A stretch of 64,000 nt of DNA from Candidatus Latescibacterota bacterium (GTDB lineage: Bacteria > Latescibacterota > UBA2968 > UBA8231), in the NCBI GenBank assembly GCA_965242865.1, contig CBDETK010000013.1, forward strand, positions 608,001-672,000, in the 5' to 3' direction. Of the stretch, positions 37,146-47,625 are shown in pieces. The position numbers and the translations under genes are program-made. The notes under the pieces were generated by a model, which did not search any database, had not been told where the DNA came from, and saw only the letters and a program-made list of their open reading frames with translations. Numbering within the stretch: position 1 is the first letter of the stretch; each line of letters starts with the position of its first letter.

Positions 37146-38493
37146 GCGCACTCAGATCAAGGAACGCCTCGCCCAAGAGGGCATTGAATTTCTACTGGTA
37201 CAGTTCGTCGATATGACCGGCGCGCCCAAAGTGAAGATGGTGCCGGTCGCGGCCTTCAACGACGCGCTGGACGAAGGCGTGGGGTTTGCCGGCGGGTCTA
37301 TATGGGGCTTGGGGCAGGGGCCGCACTCGCACGATATGATGGCGCGGATCGACCTCGATTCGTACGCACGCCTGTCTTGGCAGCCAAACACGGTGCGCTT
37401 TGCCAGCGACCTCTTCGTCGAGGGAGAAGCCCATCCCTATTGTGCGCGCACCAACCTCAAGCGCGTCCTCGACGCGGCCCGGCAGCAAGGCTATGTCTTT
37501 AACGTCGGCATGGAGCCAGAGCACTTTCTGGTGGTGCGCCGCCGCGGCGCGATCCGGCCTTGGGACCCCGACGGCGTGGACTCGCTGGCCAAGCCCTGCT
37601 ATGACTTCCGCTCCATGTCGCCGGCCATGGCGTACTTGCAGGAGTTGACCTCGTCGCTCAACGATCTCGGCTGGGGGGTCTATCAGTGCGACCACGAGGA
37701 CGCCAACGGCCAGTTTGAAGTCAACTTTGCCTACGCGGACGCGCTAACGACCTCGGACCGCATCGTCTTCTTCAAGATGGCCACTTCCCAGATCGCCAAA
37801 AAATACGGCGCGATTGCCACGCACATGCCCAAGCCGTTTGCCGACCGCACCGGCAGCGGCTTACACGCGCATTATCATCTGGCCGACGCCCAGTCGGGCG
37901 AGAATCTCTTTTTGGACCAAGGCGACGAGCGCGGCTTGGGCTGCTCCACGCTGGCTTACCACTTCCTCGGCGGCATTTTGCACCACGCCCGCGCCCTGTG
38001 CGCGGTCTCCAGCCCGACGGTCAACTGCTACAAGCGCTTGCAACTCGGCGCTGGAATCTATTCGAGTCGGTCGGGTTTTACTTGGACGCCAGCGTTTATC
38101 ACGTACGGCGACAACAACCGCACGCAGATGATCCGCACGGCGGGCGAGGGGCATTTTGAAGACCGCACGATCTCGGCCGCGGCCAACCCCTATCTGGCTC
38201 TGGCGGCCTATTTGGCGGCTGGGCTCGACGGCATGGAGCGCGGCTTGGACCCGGGCGCGCCCAATCTGGGCAACATGTACGAGCGTTCCCTCGACGAGAT
38301 CCAAGCCGCCGGGATCGAGTTGTTGCCCCAGTCGCTGGCCGAGGCACTCGACGCGCTGCGTGCGGACGAAGTGGTGCAGGGTGCGTTAGGCCCCATCGCC
38401 GACGAGTTCCTCCAGATCAAGGCCGACGAGTGGGCCGAGTACGACAGCCAAGTCAGCCGCTGGGAGATCGACAGGTATTTGACGTCTGTTTGA
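37138..38493 (+). CDS. gmaS: Gamma-glutamylmethylamide synthetase (glutamine synthetase family, GmaS/GlnT)
   Basis: GFAG, GMEPEHF, KPCYD, DHEDANGQFE, MPKPF, YGDNNRT; lies between mgs and mgd genes. Confidence 0.85.
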   Translation: MTERTQIKERLAQEGIEFLLVQFVDMTGAPKVKMVPVAAFNDALDEGVGFAGGSIWGLGQGPHSHDMMARIDLDSYARLSWQPNTVRFASDLFVEGEAHPYCARTNLKRVLDAARQQGYVFNVGMEPEHFLVVRRRGAIRPWDPDGVDSLAKPCYDFRSMSPAMAYLQELTSSLNDLGWGVYQCDHEDANGQFEVNFAYADALTTSDRIVFFKMATSQIAKKYGAIATHMPKPFADRTGSGLHAHYHLADAQSGENLFLDQGDERGLGCSTLAYHFLGGILHHARALCAVSSPTVNCYKRLQLGAGIYSSRSGFTWTPAFITYGDNNRTQMIRTAGEGHFEDRTISAAANPYLALAAYLAAGLDGMERGLDPGAPNLGNMYERSLDEIQAAGIELLPQSLAEALDALRADEVVQGALGPIADEFLQIKADEWAEYDSQVSRWEIDRYLTSV

Positions 38494-38623
38494 GCGTCTA
38501 ACCGATCCCGGCTGGCGGGGGCCGGCACGGGGGCCTACGGTTATGGTTTGTTCAACACGACCCAAGATGGGTTTTCAGACCGCTTCTGACATTTTGGTCC
38601 GGCGAATACGTGGAGGTATTTCA

Positions 38624-38806
38624 ATGAATTACAAAGTGCCCCTTGTTTTAACGTCGCAACCCGAAGGGGGGTACACGGTGACGTCACCGCTGTTGCCTGA
38701 ACTGGTCTCGGAAGGCGATTCAATATCCCACGCTTTAGAAAACGTCCAAGATGCTTTTGCCGCGGTTGTTGAACTCTACGAAGACTTGGGACGCCCATCG
38801 CCTTAA
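38624..38806 (+). CDS. hicB: HicB-family antitoxin (orphan)
   Basis: EGGYTVTSP.LPELVSEGD...AL.N..DA; GGAGG RBS; no hicA beside it. Confidence 0.78.
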   Translation: MNYKVPLVLTSQPEGGYTVTSPLLPELVSEGDSISHALENVQDAFAAVVELYEDLGRPSP

Positions 38807-38833
38807 ACCGCTTGCTTTTTGGGGAGACGGTCC

Positions 38834-40078
38834 ATGCCCTATCGGTTGCTCAAATACGGCCTCTCAAAGAAGTACTCGGCACCGCGCATGTTTCGCTCGC
38901 CCGAGCGGTTGCGCGACCGCTACGAGGTGGTCATCATCGGCGGCGGCGGTCACGGGCTGGCTGCGGCGCACTATCTGGCCCAAGAACACGGCATTTGCGA
39001 TGTGGCTGTCTTGGAGCAGCGCTACATCGGCCACGGCGGCACTGGCCGCAACACGGCTATCATCCGCTCGAATTACCTGACGGAAGAAGGGGCGCGCTTT
39101 TACCAATTCAGCGTGGACCTCTACCGCGATTTGTCGCGGCAACTCGACTACAACCTGTTCTACTCCGAGCGCGGGCACTTCACCTTGGCGCACACGCCAG
39201 CCGCGTTGCGCACCCAGCGCTGGCGCGCCGAGGTCAACAAGCACCTCGGCATCCACTCCGAAGTCGTCGGCCCGGAGTTCGTCAAGAAAACCATCCCGGC
39301 CATTGACCTGAACTGCGGCGGGCACCAGCCGCCCATCGTCGGCGCGCTCTACCACCCGCCCGGAGCCATTGCCCGCCACGACGCCGTAGCGTGGGCGTAT
39401 GCGCGCGGTGCTGACCGCCAAGGCGTTGAAATCCACCAGCAGACCCGCGTCACCGACATTGCAATTGAGGAGGGCCGGGTCGCCGGCGTTCACACGGACC
39501 GCGGTTTTATCCAGACCCGCAAGGTGCTCAGCGCGGTGGCCGGCTGGACGCCGCAAATCCAGCGGATGGTCGGCTTGCGCTCGCCGCTGGTGGTGCATCC
39601 GCTCCAAGCGTTTGTCACCGAACCGTTCAAGCCGTGGCTCGACGCGATTGTCGTATCGGCCAGTTTGCACACGTACGTCAGCCAATCCTCGCGTGGCGAG
39701 TTGGTGGCCGGGGCCTCGTTGGATCCTTATGAACTGACGTCCATGCGCTCAACCCTCGATTTTGCCGAGGGCTTGGCCGGGCATCTGCTCGACCTCTTTC
39801 CCGGCTTGGCCGACGTCAAGGTGCTGCGTCAGTGGGCCGGCCTGTGCGACATGACCCCGGACTTTTCCCCGATCATGGGCACGACGCCGATTGCGGGTTT
39901 TTACATCGACGCGGGTTGGGGCACTTGGGGCTTTAAGGCCACGCCGGTCTGCGGCTACACCATGGCCCACACCTTGGCCCACGACGAGGATCACCCGCTC
40001 ATCCGCGCCTTTAATCTGGCGCGCTTTGGTGCGTTCGCGCTGGTCGGCGAGAAGGGAGCGGCGTCCGTTGGCCACTAG
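38834..40078 (+). CDS. soxB: Sarcosine oxidase-like beta subunit / N-methylglutamate dehydrogenase MgdA
   Basis: IIGGGGHGLA, GTGRNT.IIRSNY, DMTPDFSPI, GWGTWGFKATP. Confidence 0.92.
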   Translation: MPYRLLKYGLSKKYSAPRMFRSPERLRDRYEVVIIGGGGHGLAAAHYLAQEHGICDVAVLEQRYIGHGGTGRNTAIIRSNYLTEEGARFYQFSVDLYRDLSRQLDYNLFYSERGHFTLAHTPAALRTQRWRAEVNKHLGIHSEVVGPEFVKKTIPAIDLNCGGHQPPIVGALYHPPGAIARHDAVAWAYARGADRQGVEIHQQTRVTDIAIEEGRVAGVHTDRGFIQTRKVLSAVAGWTPQIQRMVGLRSPLVVHPLQAFVTEPFKPWLDAIVVSASLHTYVSQSSRGELVAGASLDPYELTSMRSTLDFAEGLAGHLLDLFPGLADVKVLRQWAGLCDMTPDFSPIMGTTPIAGFYIDAGWGTWGFKATPVCGYTMAHTLAHDEDHPLIRAFNLARFGAFALVGEKGAASVGH

Positions 40079-40096
40079 CCGCGTCAGGAGGCGGTC

Positions 40097-40360
40097 GTGA
40101 AAGTCCTCACTTGTCCGATCAACGGCCCGCGACCGCTGGAGGAATTTGTCTTTGGCGGCGCGGTGCGCTCCATGCCCGATCCCCAGCAAGCGAGCGATGC
40201 GGTCTGGGCCGACTACGTATTCACTCGCGCTGGCGAGCCGGGCATCCAGCGCGAGTGGTGGTATCACCGTGCGAGCAGCACGTGGTTTATCGCCGAGCGC
40301 GACACGGCCAGCGACGCGATCGTCCGCACCTATTTGTGGGGCGAGGAGGACAAAGCGTGA
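40097..40360 (+). CDS. soxD: Sarcosine oxidase delta subunit / MgdB
   Basis: CPINGPR..EEF.FGG, EWWYH, ERDT..D.I. Confidence 0.9.
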   Translation: MKVLTCPINGPRPLEEFVFGGAVRSMPDPQQASDAVWADYVFTRAGEPGIQREWWYHRASSTWFIAERDTASDAIVRTYLWGEEDKA

Positions 40361-43215
40361 AGCGCCGCCTGTCCACCCAGCCCGGGGAGTGGATCGACCG
40401 CACCCAGCCCATTGAATTTCGCTTTGAAGGCGAGGCCTTGAGCGGCTTTGCCGGCGATTGTATCGCCAGCGCACTCTTGGCCGAGGGTGTGCAGGTGATG
40501 GGCCGCAGCTTTAAGTATCACCGGCCGCGCGGGGCGTACAGCTTGGCCGGCCACGACGCCAACGCGCTGTTTACAGACGGCGAGCGCACCCACCTGCGCG
40601 GCGATAGCGAGCCGTTGGCCCCGGGCATGAACCTGCGGGCCGTCAACACCCTAGGCGGGCTAAAGCGCGATTGGCTCAAGTGGCTGGAGCCGTTGGGCCG
40701 CTTCATGCCCGTGGGTTTTTACTACAAGGCGTTTCACCGGCCCCGGTGGCTTTTTCCCTGGTACGAGCGGATCATCCGCCAGATCGCGGGCTTGGGCCAG
40801 TTCAACGATGCTCGGTCGCCGATTGCCAGCCCCAAGGAATACGCTTGGTGCGATGTGCTGGTCGTGGGCGGGGGTGTGGCCGGGCTGTCCGCGGCCAAGG
40901 CCGCGGCCGAAGCTGGAGCCCGCGTTTTGCTGGTCGAGGAACAGGCGCGGTTGGGCGGGAGCTGGGCGTGGCAGCACGGCGGAAGCTGCGACGAGTGGGC
41001 CGCGGAGTTGGCTCCCCGCGTCGAGGTCCGCTGTGGGACGGTGGCCGGCGGCCACTACGCCGACGGCTGGGTCGCCCTGTTCGACGCCGAGCGGATGACC
41101 AAGGTGCGCGCCGCGGCCGTCGTCTATGCCAACGGCGCGATCGAGCAACCGGCGGTCTTTGGGCACAACGACCTGCCGGGCGTGCTGCTCGGGTCGGCCG
41201 CCCAGCGGTTGGTGAAGTTATACGCGGTCAAACCCTGCGACCGCATGGTGGTATTAGCGGCCAACAGCGATGCGTATAGGGTCGCGCTGGACATGCTCGA
41301 CGCGGGCATTGAGGTGGCGGCCCTCGCCGATTTGCGGCCCGACGCGCCCCCGGGGGGCTTAGCGGAAAAAATCGCCGCGGCCGGAGTGCCGCTCTACAAC
41401 GGCCACGGGGTCTATACCGCGCTGCCCAATCGGCCTAAGAACGGCTTGCGCGGGGCCGTAGTCGCTCCGTTAGCGGCCGACGGCACCCTAGATGCCCAGC
41501 GCGGGATCGAGATCGCCTGTGACGGCCTAGCCGCGTCGGTCGGCTGGATGCCCAACGCCGCGCTGCCCAGCCAAGCCGGGGTGCAATTCGCCTACGACGA
41601 GGCGGTAGAGCAGCTCGTGCCCCGGTCGAGTCCGGCCGGGGTCTTTGTCGCCGGGCGCGTGCGCGGGGTGTACGACCTCGCGGCGCAGCGGGAAGACGGC
41701 CGGGCGGCCGGGCTGAGGGCCGCCCGCTACGCTGGCTACTCCACCGCCGCACCGCCGCCATCGCCGTCACCGGAAGCCGCCAGCCACCGCTATCCCATTT
41801 TCGCCCATCCGAGTAAAAAGAACTTCGTGGATTTTGACGAGGATTTGCACTTGGCGGATTTCGTCGCTGCCCACCAAGAAGGCTTCGACAGCGTCGAGCT
41901 GCTCAAGCGGTACAGCACGGTGGGGATGGGGCCGAGCCAAGGCAAGCTGTCCAACATGAACGCGATGCGGGTCTTGGCCCAACTCAACGGCGACTCCCTT
42001 GCCGCGACCGGTTCGACGACCGCCCGTCCCTTCTACCAGCCGGTGCCGCTGGGGCATTTGGCCGGTCGGCGCTTCCACCCGATGCGCCGGACGCCGGTCC
42101 ACACTTGGCATCGCGCCCACGGCGCGGTCTTTGCCCACGCCGGCGACTGGTATCGCCCCGAATACTATCGCTGCGGCGATGCCAGCCGCGACGAGTGCAT
42201 CGTGCAGGAGGCGCGGCAGGTGCGGGCTGGTCTGGGGCTGATCGACGTGAGTACGCTGGGCAAATTGCAAATCAGCGGCCCGGACGCAGGCGAGCTGCTC
42301 GAGCGTCTATATACGGGCCGCTTCAAGAAGATGCCGATTGGCCGCTGCCGCTACGGCGTGGCGCTTGACGAGAGTGGGGTCGTGATCGAGGACGGGGTGA
42401 TTGCGCGGCTGGCCGAGGACCGCTTTTACGTCACTACGACGAGCAGCGGCGCGGCGGCCTTTTACCGCGAGATCCTGCGCTGGGCCGCGATTTGGGGCTT
42501 GGACGCGACCTTGAGCAATGCCACGGGCCAACTCGCGGCCTTCAATCTGGCTGGCCCCGCAAGCCGCGCCGCGCTGGCCGCGTTGACCGACCTCGATCTG
42601 AGGTCCGGGCCTTTTTCCTATCTACGGGTGCGCGAGGGCGCGGTGGCCGGGGTGCGGGCGTTGGTGATGCGGGTGGGATTTGTCGGCGAACTGGGTTACG
42701 AGATCCACGTGCCGGCTTGGGAAGGGGAACACGTGTGGCGGGCACTGGCCGCGGCCGGGGCGCACCCGGTTGGGGTGGAGGCGCAGCGGTTGTTGCGCTT
42801 GGAAAAAGGGCACTTGATCGTCGGCCACGACACGGACGCGCTGACGCATCCCCAAGAGGCGGGCTTGGCGTGGACCATTGGCAAAAACAAGCGCTTCTTC
42901 GTGGGCCAGCGCAGCCTGCAAATCTACGCGCCCGTGCAGCGCGTGTTGGTCGGCGTGCGGTGGCCGGTCGGTTTTGCCGGCAAGCTGCCCGAGGAGTGCA
43001 ACCTGATCGTGCGGGGCGGGTGGATTGCCGGTCGCGTGACCAGCATCGCCCCGGTCTCGACGCTGGGGTATCCGCTCGGCTTGGCCTTTGTCGAAGCGGA
43101 TATGGCCGCGCCCGGCACTCCGGTGGAAGTGCGCCTAGACGATGGTTCGACGAGCGCGGCCGAGGTTGCTGCGCGGCCCTTTTACGATCCCGGGGACGAG
43201 CGGCAGAAAGTTTGA
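40357..43215 (+). CDS. soxA: Sarcosine oxidase alpha subunit / MgdC
   Basis: RSFKYHRPRG, GGGVAG, KRYSTVGMGPSQGK, DVSTLGK, GcvT-like FVGELGYEI. Confidence 0.92.
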   Translation: MKRRLSTQPGEWIDRTQPIEFRFEGEALSGFAGDCIASALLAEGVQVMGRSFKYHRPRGAYSLAGHDANALFTDGERTHLRGDSEPLAPGMNLRAVNTLGGLKRDWLKWLEPLGRFMPVGFYYKAFHRPRWLFPWYERIIRQIAGLGQFNDARSPIASPKEYAWCDVLVVGGGVAGLSAAKAAAEAGARVLLVEEQARLGGSWAWQHGGSCDEWAAELAPRVEVRCGTVAGGHYADGWVALFDAERMTKVRAAAVVYANGAIEQPAVFGHNDLPGVLLGSAAQRLVKLYAVKPCDRMVVLAANSDAYRVALDMLDAGIEVAALADLRPDAPPGGLAEKIAAAGVPLYNGHGVYTALPNRPKNGLRGAVVAPLAADGTLDAQRGIEIACDGLAASVGWMPNAALPSQAGVQFAYDEAVEQLVPRSSPAGVFVAGRVRGVYDLAAQREDGRAAGLRAARYAGYSTAAPPPSPSPEAASHRYPIFAHPSKKNFVDFDEDLHLADFVAAHQEGFDSVELLKRYSTVGMGPSQGKLSNMNAMRVLAQLNGDSLAATGSTTARPFYQPVPLGHLAGRRFHPMRRTPVHTWHRAHGAVFAHAGDWYRPEYYRCGDASRDECIVQEARQVRAGLGLIDVSTLGKLQISGPDAGELLERLYTGRFKKMPIGRCRYGVALDESGVVIEDGVIARLAEDRFYVTTTSSGAAAFYREILRWAAIWGLDATLSNATGQLAAFNLAGPASRAALAALTDLDLRSGPFSYLRVREGAVAGVRALVMRVGFVGELGYEIHVPAWEGEHVWRALAAAGAHPVGVEAQRLLRLEKGHLIVGHDTDALTHPQEAGLAWTIGKNKRFFVGQRSLQIYAPVQRVLVGVRWPVGFAGKLPEECNLIVRGGWIAGRVTSIAPVSTLGYPLGLAFVEADMAAPGTPVEVRLDDGSTSAAEVAARPFYDPGDERQKV

Positions 43216-43241
43216 TTCCCGGCGGCCTGCTCGCGTACATC

Positions 43242-45806
43242 TCATCTCACTACATCTGCAATGCGAGCATCCGCGATTTGTTGCAAGAGCTGGATGGCAT
43301 GTGCTCGCTTTGCCTCGATCGCGCGGTGTTTTGCTGCTATTTTCTTTTGGGCTGCAAGGTCGAAGGTCCCGTCTTTGCATATTGGAATATCTACTGCTAC
43401 CCGTGTTATGTTGTCTAGGTTGGCCCGGTATGTTCGGTCAAACCCATGCCGGTCGCGCGTCGCGTGCAGTGCATGGTACAAGTATTCCGGGTCAATGTTG
43501 TTATCGACTATGCGCAATACTCCGCAATGGTCCGTCGGATGGAATGGAAAATTAGCGGGGATTAGATGCCATGCAAAGTTTCCGTCTAAGCCCCAAGTAA
43601 GCGATGGCATGTCAAACTCAGTCAACAGGTCTGAGATCTCAATGTAGCCAAAGACATCGTGAACGTTTGCACTGATACAAGGGATGCCTTTTTCAATACA
43701 ATTTTTCCTGACGACTCGTCTTCCTATCTGCAATGTGAACAAGTCTCGATCCCCGAGCAATACCTCCTTGAATTGTGCATTTACATCTAAGTGCTCTATC
43801 GGGGTTTCTCCTGCCTGCGCGAGCAATCGATTGAACTGTTCTATGCTCAATTCTTCCTGCGCCTGAGTTGCCCCTAGTTGCTCCAATTCATCTTCTCGCC
43901 AATAGCGATCGACCATCCAATGCCGATATAGTGCAAAATCGTTCCATAAGATAATTTTGCAGCGCCGGCACGAAGAAGCGAACGAAGCAGGAGAACCTTT
44001 GAATTGGTTGAATAAATCTACCATTTCGAGCAAATTGTTCTCGTCGATTTCCCAACGATTTGCATCACGCGATTCTCCAATCTCCGATACTAAATAAGTG
44101 AAAACAGGAGTAGTCTGTTCATCGCGTTCGTCGCCTTTGCGCTCAAGCACCAAAATATATGTTTTCTTAGGAGTCGAATAGAAGGTGCGAATCGGCAGAG
44201 ACACCACGGCGCGAATCAGACAGTTTTGTTTTGTGTAGTTTAAGACGTTTTCTTGATTCAGCAATCCATCCGGTACAATAACAAATGCCGATCCGCCCGG
44301 CTTCAAACTCTTGATGATCCACTGTAAGGCAAGAGCTTCTGTGCCGCGCCCCGCAACGGCATATTTATCCGCGATACCAGCATCCTCCAAGGCATTTTTT
44401 AAGCTACTGGAGCCGCTCGTGACATAAGGCGGATTGGTGAGAATGAGATCGTGCTTGGCATCGTCATCGGCGGCAAATGTCCCGAGATTGGTTCGCAACA
44501 GCTCAAACATTGGGTTGACGACTTTTCTGGCAAACTCGCCGATAAAATCAGGGGAGTTATAGGTCGCGATAAGATCGGAAAAGTAAATAATGGCATTGGC
44601 TTTTGCCAAAACGATGGTCCGTTCGTCTTCTTGCTCTTCGCTTCCCTTATCGTATCCGACGACCGATACCTGCGGGTTTACGACTCCATTGTGCGGCCTG
44701 AATTGCGCCATTAACCGGGGACTTTCAATGATTGCCTCCAACAAGAAGCCACCCACACCGCAAAAAGGATCGCACAAAGAGGCACCGGGTGCCAGCGAAT
44801 TAGCCGTTGACATTTTTACGATGGCTTGCACGACATTCCGCGGCGTGAAGTACTGGCCCAAATGACGCAATCCTGCCCCTTGCCGGAGAAATGATTCGTA
44901 GAGCCTCATTTTGAACTGCCGCTGAATGTATTTGAAGGACCCGTATTCTCGATCAAAGTCTTGCAGGTCGCCTAAAACTTCACAAAATAGCCTGGCTTGG
45001 GATACATTGGGCTCGCCTTGTTCATTGACGAAAATCGTGCCGTTTATGATCGTAGTCCCGTCCGTTCCTTCTGGGAATAGATTGCGAATAGCTAGACGGC
45101 TTATTCGAGCATAGTTCGTCAAGGCCGCGACCGGGCCGGGCGACTTGCTAAGGTCATATACGTAGGCGAAATTTTCGTGCGCTTTCAGTACGGAGAGGTC
45201 GGAAAGAAACTTAAAGACAAATAGCTCGACTACGTTATACAGGCATTTTTCTGGTTCTTTGCCCGTGTTGATCCAGATTTTTTGCCAGATCGTGTGGGCG
45301 AGTTGTGAGGGATCAATCAGCGTCGGGCTGCTCAACTCGTCGTTGGTAGAAGATAGCGAATGATCCGCTTGGTCAATTGCTTGTTCTAGGCATTGTAATT
45401 GTTCGGCTGAAATGGTCCCGTCGATAAGTGTCTTCGCATTGAATACTGGTAGTGAATCGGATTTTACGAGATTTCCCGTATGTGGGTTGACCCACAAGGT
45501 TTTCCCGCCATCGGTGACGATCAGCAGGTTACAAAAATGCCTTGCAACTTCTAGCTCTTGATCGATTGCTCTTTTGATCTGGGACTCGGTAGATAGCTCC
45601 GTAGAAGTCTTGTATTCAATACACGCTTTTACGGCGCCTTTGCCGAGAGTAATTAACCCATCGGGCCTTTTGTTTTTGAGGCGGTTCGGAAGCGGGCCAG
45701 AGACGATTCCCGCTCTTTTTAGCTGGGTTAAGGTAGAAGCCCCAAGGCGATGATACGTATATCGCCCGATGAGGATACTCGAAGTTTGCAAAAGTTCTTC
45801 ACTCAT
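43242..45806 (-). CDS. Type IIG-like fused restriction-modification enzyme (REase-N6 MTase-TRD)
   Basis: N-terminal RPDG...CIEYK, GQYFTPR, DPFCGVGGFL, TNPPY, C-terminal TRD-like region. Confidence 0.8.
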   Translation of the reverse strand: MSEELLQTSSILIGRYTYHRLGASTLTQLKRAGIVSGPLPNRLKNKRPDGLITLGKGAVKACIEYKTSTELSTESQIKRAIDQELEVARHFCNLLIVTDGGKTLWVNPHTGNLVKSDSLPVFNAKTLIDGTISAEQLQCLEQAIDQADHSLSSTNDELSSPTLIDPSQLAHTIWQKIWINTGKEPEKCLYNVVELFVFKFLSDLSVLKAHENFAYVYDLSKSPGPVAALTNYARISRLAIRNLFPEGTDGTTIINGTIFVNEQGEPNVSQARLFCEVLGDLQDFDREYGSFKYIQRQFKMRLYESFLRQGAGLRHLGQYFTPRNVVQAIVKMSTANSLAPGASLCDPFCGVGGFLLEAIIESPRLMAQFRPHNGVVNPQVSVVGYDKGSEEQEDERTIVLAKANAIIYFSDLIATYNSPDFIGEFARKVVNPMFELLRTNLGTFAADDDAKHDLILTNPPYVTSGSSSLKNALEDAGIADKYAVAGRGTEALALQWIIKSLKPGGSAFVIVPDGLLNQENVLNYTKQNCLIRAVVSLPIRTFYSTPKKTYILVLERKGDERDEQTTPVFTYLVSEIGESRDANRWEIDENNLLEMVDLFNQFKGSPASFASSCRRCKIILWNDFALYRHWMVDRYWREDELEQLGATQAQEELSIEQFNRLLAQAGETPIEHLDVNAQFKEVLLGDRDLFTLQIGRRVVRKNCIEKGIPCISANVHDVFGYIEISDLLTEFDMPSLTWGLDGNFAWHLIPANFPFHPTDHCGVLRIVDNNIDPEYLYHALHATRDRHGFDRTYRANLDNITRVAVDIPICKDGTFDLAAQKKIAAKHRAIEAKRAHAIQLLQQIADARIADVVR

Positions 45807-46068
45807 TATGAACACCCGCTTGCCTCCCGGCTAAATTTGCCATAATATAAGCCTGCGTTTTTGCAAAGCTAATAATTCCCTGCCAAAAACTATGTCCCTA
45901 CCGCCGCCGCCGCTCGCTTGACCTCTCGCAAACAGAAGATCAGCTATGCTCTCAACTGACGCAAGCTCCCTCGGCCAGATCGTCGCGGCCGGCGTTTGGC
46001 TCATCGTCGATGGCTTTTTCGGGGCGGTGGGCAACCGCCTGCCGGTGTATTAATTTTTTAACGAGAGG

Positions 46069-47625
46069 ATGCAAACCATGACGACAACTTCCAACACCAA
46101 CGGGGCCACCACCGGCTACGAGGCCGAGCTGTGGCAGATGGCCGACGCGCTGCGGGGTAGCATGGACGCGGCCGAGTACAAGCACGTCGTCCTCGGCCTC
46201 ATTTTTCTCAAGTACATCTCCGACGCCTTTGAGGAAGCGCGTGCCCGGCTGGAAGCCGCGCGCAGCCAAGGGGCCGATCCCGAGGACCCGGACGAATACC
46301 GCGCCGAGAACATTTTCTGGGTGCCGGTTGAGGCCCGCTGGTCCCGTCTCAAGGAGCAGGCGCGGCAACCCACCATCGGCCCAGTCGTAGATGAGGCCAT
46401 GGCCGGCATTGAGCGCGACAATCCCGCCCTCAAGGGGGTGCTGCCCCAGGATTACGCCCGTCTCGTCTTGGACGCGCAGCGCCTTGGACAGCTCATAGAC
46501 CTCGTGAGCAACATCACCGTGGGCGACGCCGAGGCGCGCTCCAAGGATGTGTTGGGCCGCGTGTATGAGTACTTCCTTTCTCAGTTCGCCAGCGCCGAAG
46601 GCAAGCGCGGCGGCGAGTTTTACACCCCGCGCAGCGTGGTCAGGCTCCTCGTCGAGATGCTGGAACCTTATCGGGGCCGGGTGTACGATCCCTGCTGCGG
46701 CTCCTCGGGCTTGTTCGTCCAGTCGGTGGAATTCATCGAAGCCCATGCTTCGGGCAACGGCAACAGCGGCCGCGCGGGCCTCTCCATCTACGGTCAGGAG
46801 TCCAACTACACCACGTGGCGGCTGGCCAAGATGAACTTGGCGATCCGGGGCATTGAGGGCCAAATCGCCCACGGCGACAGCTTCCACAACGACCGCCACC
46901 CCGATTTGAAGGCCGATTTCATCCTCGCCAATCCGCCGTTCAATATCTCCGATTGGGGCCGCGAGAGACTGCAAGACGACCAGCGCTGGCAGTACGGAAC
47001 CCCGCCCAAGGGCAACGCCAACTTCGCTTGGGTGCAGCACATCGTTCACCACCTCGCGCCGGCGGGCGCGGCGGGCTTTGTGTTGGCCAACGGCTCCATG
47101 TCGTCCAACCAGTCGCACGAGGGCGAGATTAGAAAGAATTTGATCGAGGTCGACTTGGTGGATTGCATGGTCGCGCTGCCCGGCCAGCTTTTCTACTCCA
47201 CTCAGATACCGGCCTGCCTGTGGTTTTTGTCGCGCAATCGACGCAAGGGGGGCGAGATTTTGTTTATTGACGCGCGGAAGTTGGGTTGGATGGTGGATCG
47301 CACCCACCGCGATTTTGCCCCAGCCGACATCGCCCGCATCGCGGGTGCGTATCGCGCTTGGCGCGGCCGAGAAGGGGCGGGCGACTACGAAGATGTGCCC
47401 GGCTTTTGCAAGAGCGCGTCGCTAGAAGAGGTCCGCAAGCACGGCTACGTCCTCACGCCGGGCCGCTACGTGGGGGCCGCGGTGCAAGCGGACGACGGCG
47501 AGCCTTTCGCCGAAAAGATGCAGCGGCTGGCGGCGCAATGGCGCGTGCAGCAGGCCGAGGGGCAAAGGCTGGACGCGGCGGTTGGGGCGAATCTGAAGGC
47601 ACTCGGATTTGGAGACGATCCATGA
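46069..47625 (+). CDS. hsdM: Type I RM methyltransferase subunit
   Basis: [38 protein letters not shown]. Confidence 0.95.
   Translation: MQTMTTTSNTNGATTGYEAELWQMADALRGSMDAAEYKHVVLGLIFLKYISDAFEEARARLEAARSQGADPEDPDEYRAENIFWVPVEARWSRLKEQARQPTIGPVVDEAMAGIERDNPALKGVLPQDYARLVLDAQRLGQLIDLVSNITVGDAEARSKDVLGRVYEYFLSQFASAEGKRGGEFYTPRSVVRLLVEMLEPYRGRVYDPCCGSSGLFVQSVEFIEAHASGNGNSGRAGLSIYGQESNYTTWRLAKMNLAIRGIEGQIAHGDSFHNDRHPDLKADFILANPPFNISDWGRERLQDDQRWQYGTPPKGNANFAWVQHIVHHLAPAGAAGFVLANGSMSSNQSHEGEIRKNLIEVDLVDCMVALPGQLFYSTQIPACLWFLSRNRRKGGEILFIDARKLGWMVDRTHRDFAPADIARIAGAYRAWRGREGAGDYEDVPGFCKSASLEEVRKHGYVLTPGRYVGAAVQADDGEPFAEKMQRLAAQWRVQQAEGQRLDAAVGANLKALGFGDDP

Noticed and set aside
37138-38493. Housekeeping glutamine synthetase glnA
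   Set aside because: Its position between glxBCD and soxBDA favours gamma-glutamylmethylamide synthetase.
43216-45832. tcccggc near both ends of the type IIG gene as a target duplication
   Set aside because: Only 7 GC-rich bases, which is expected by chance.
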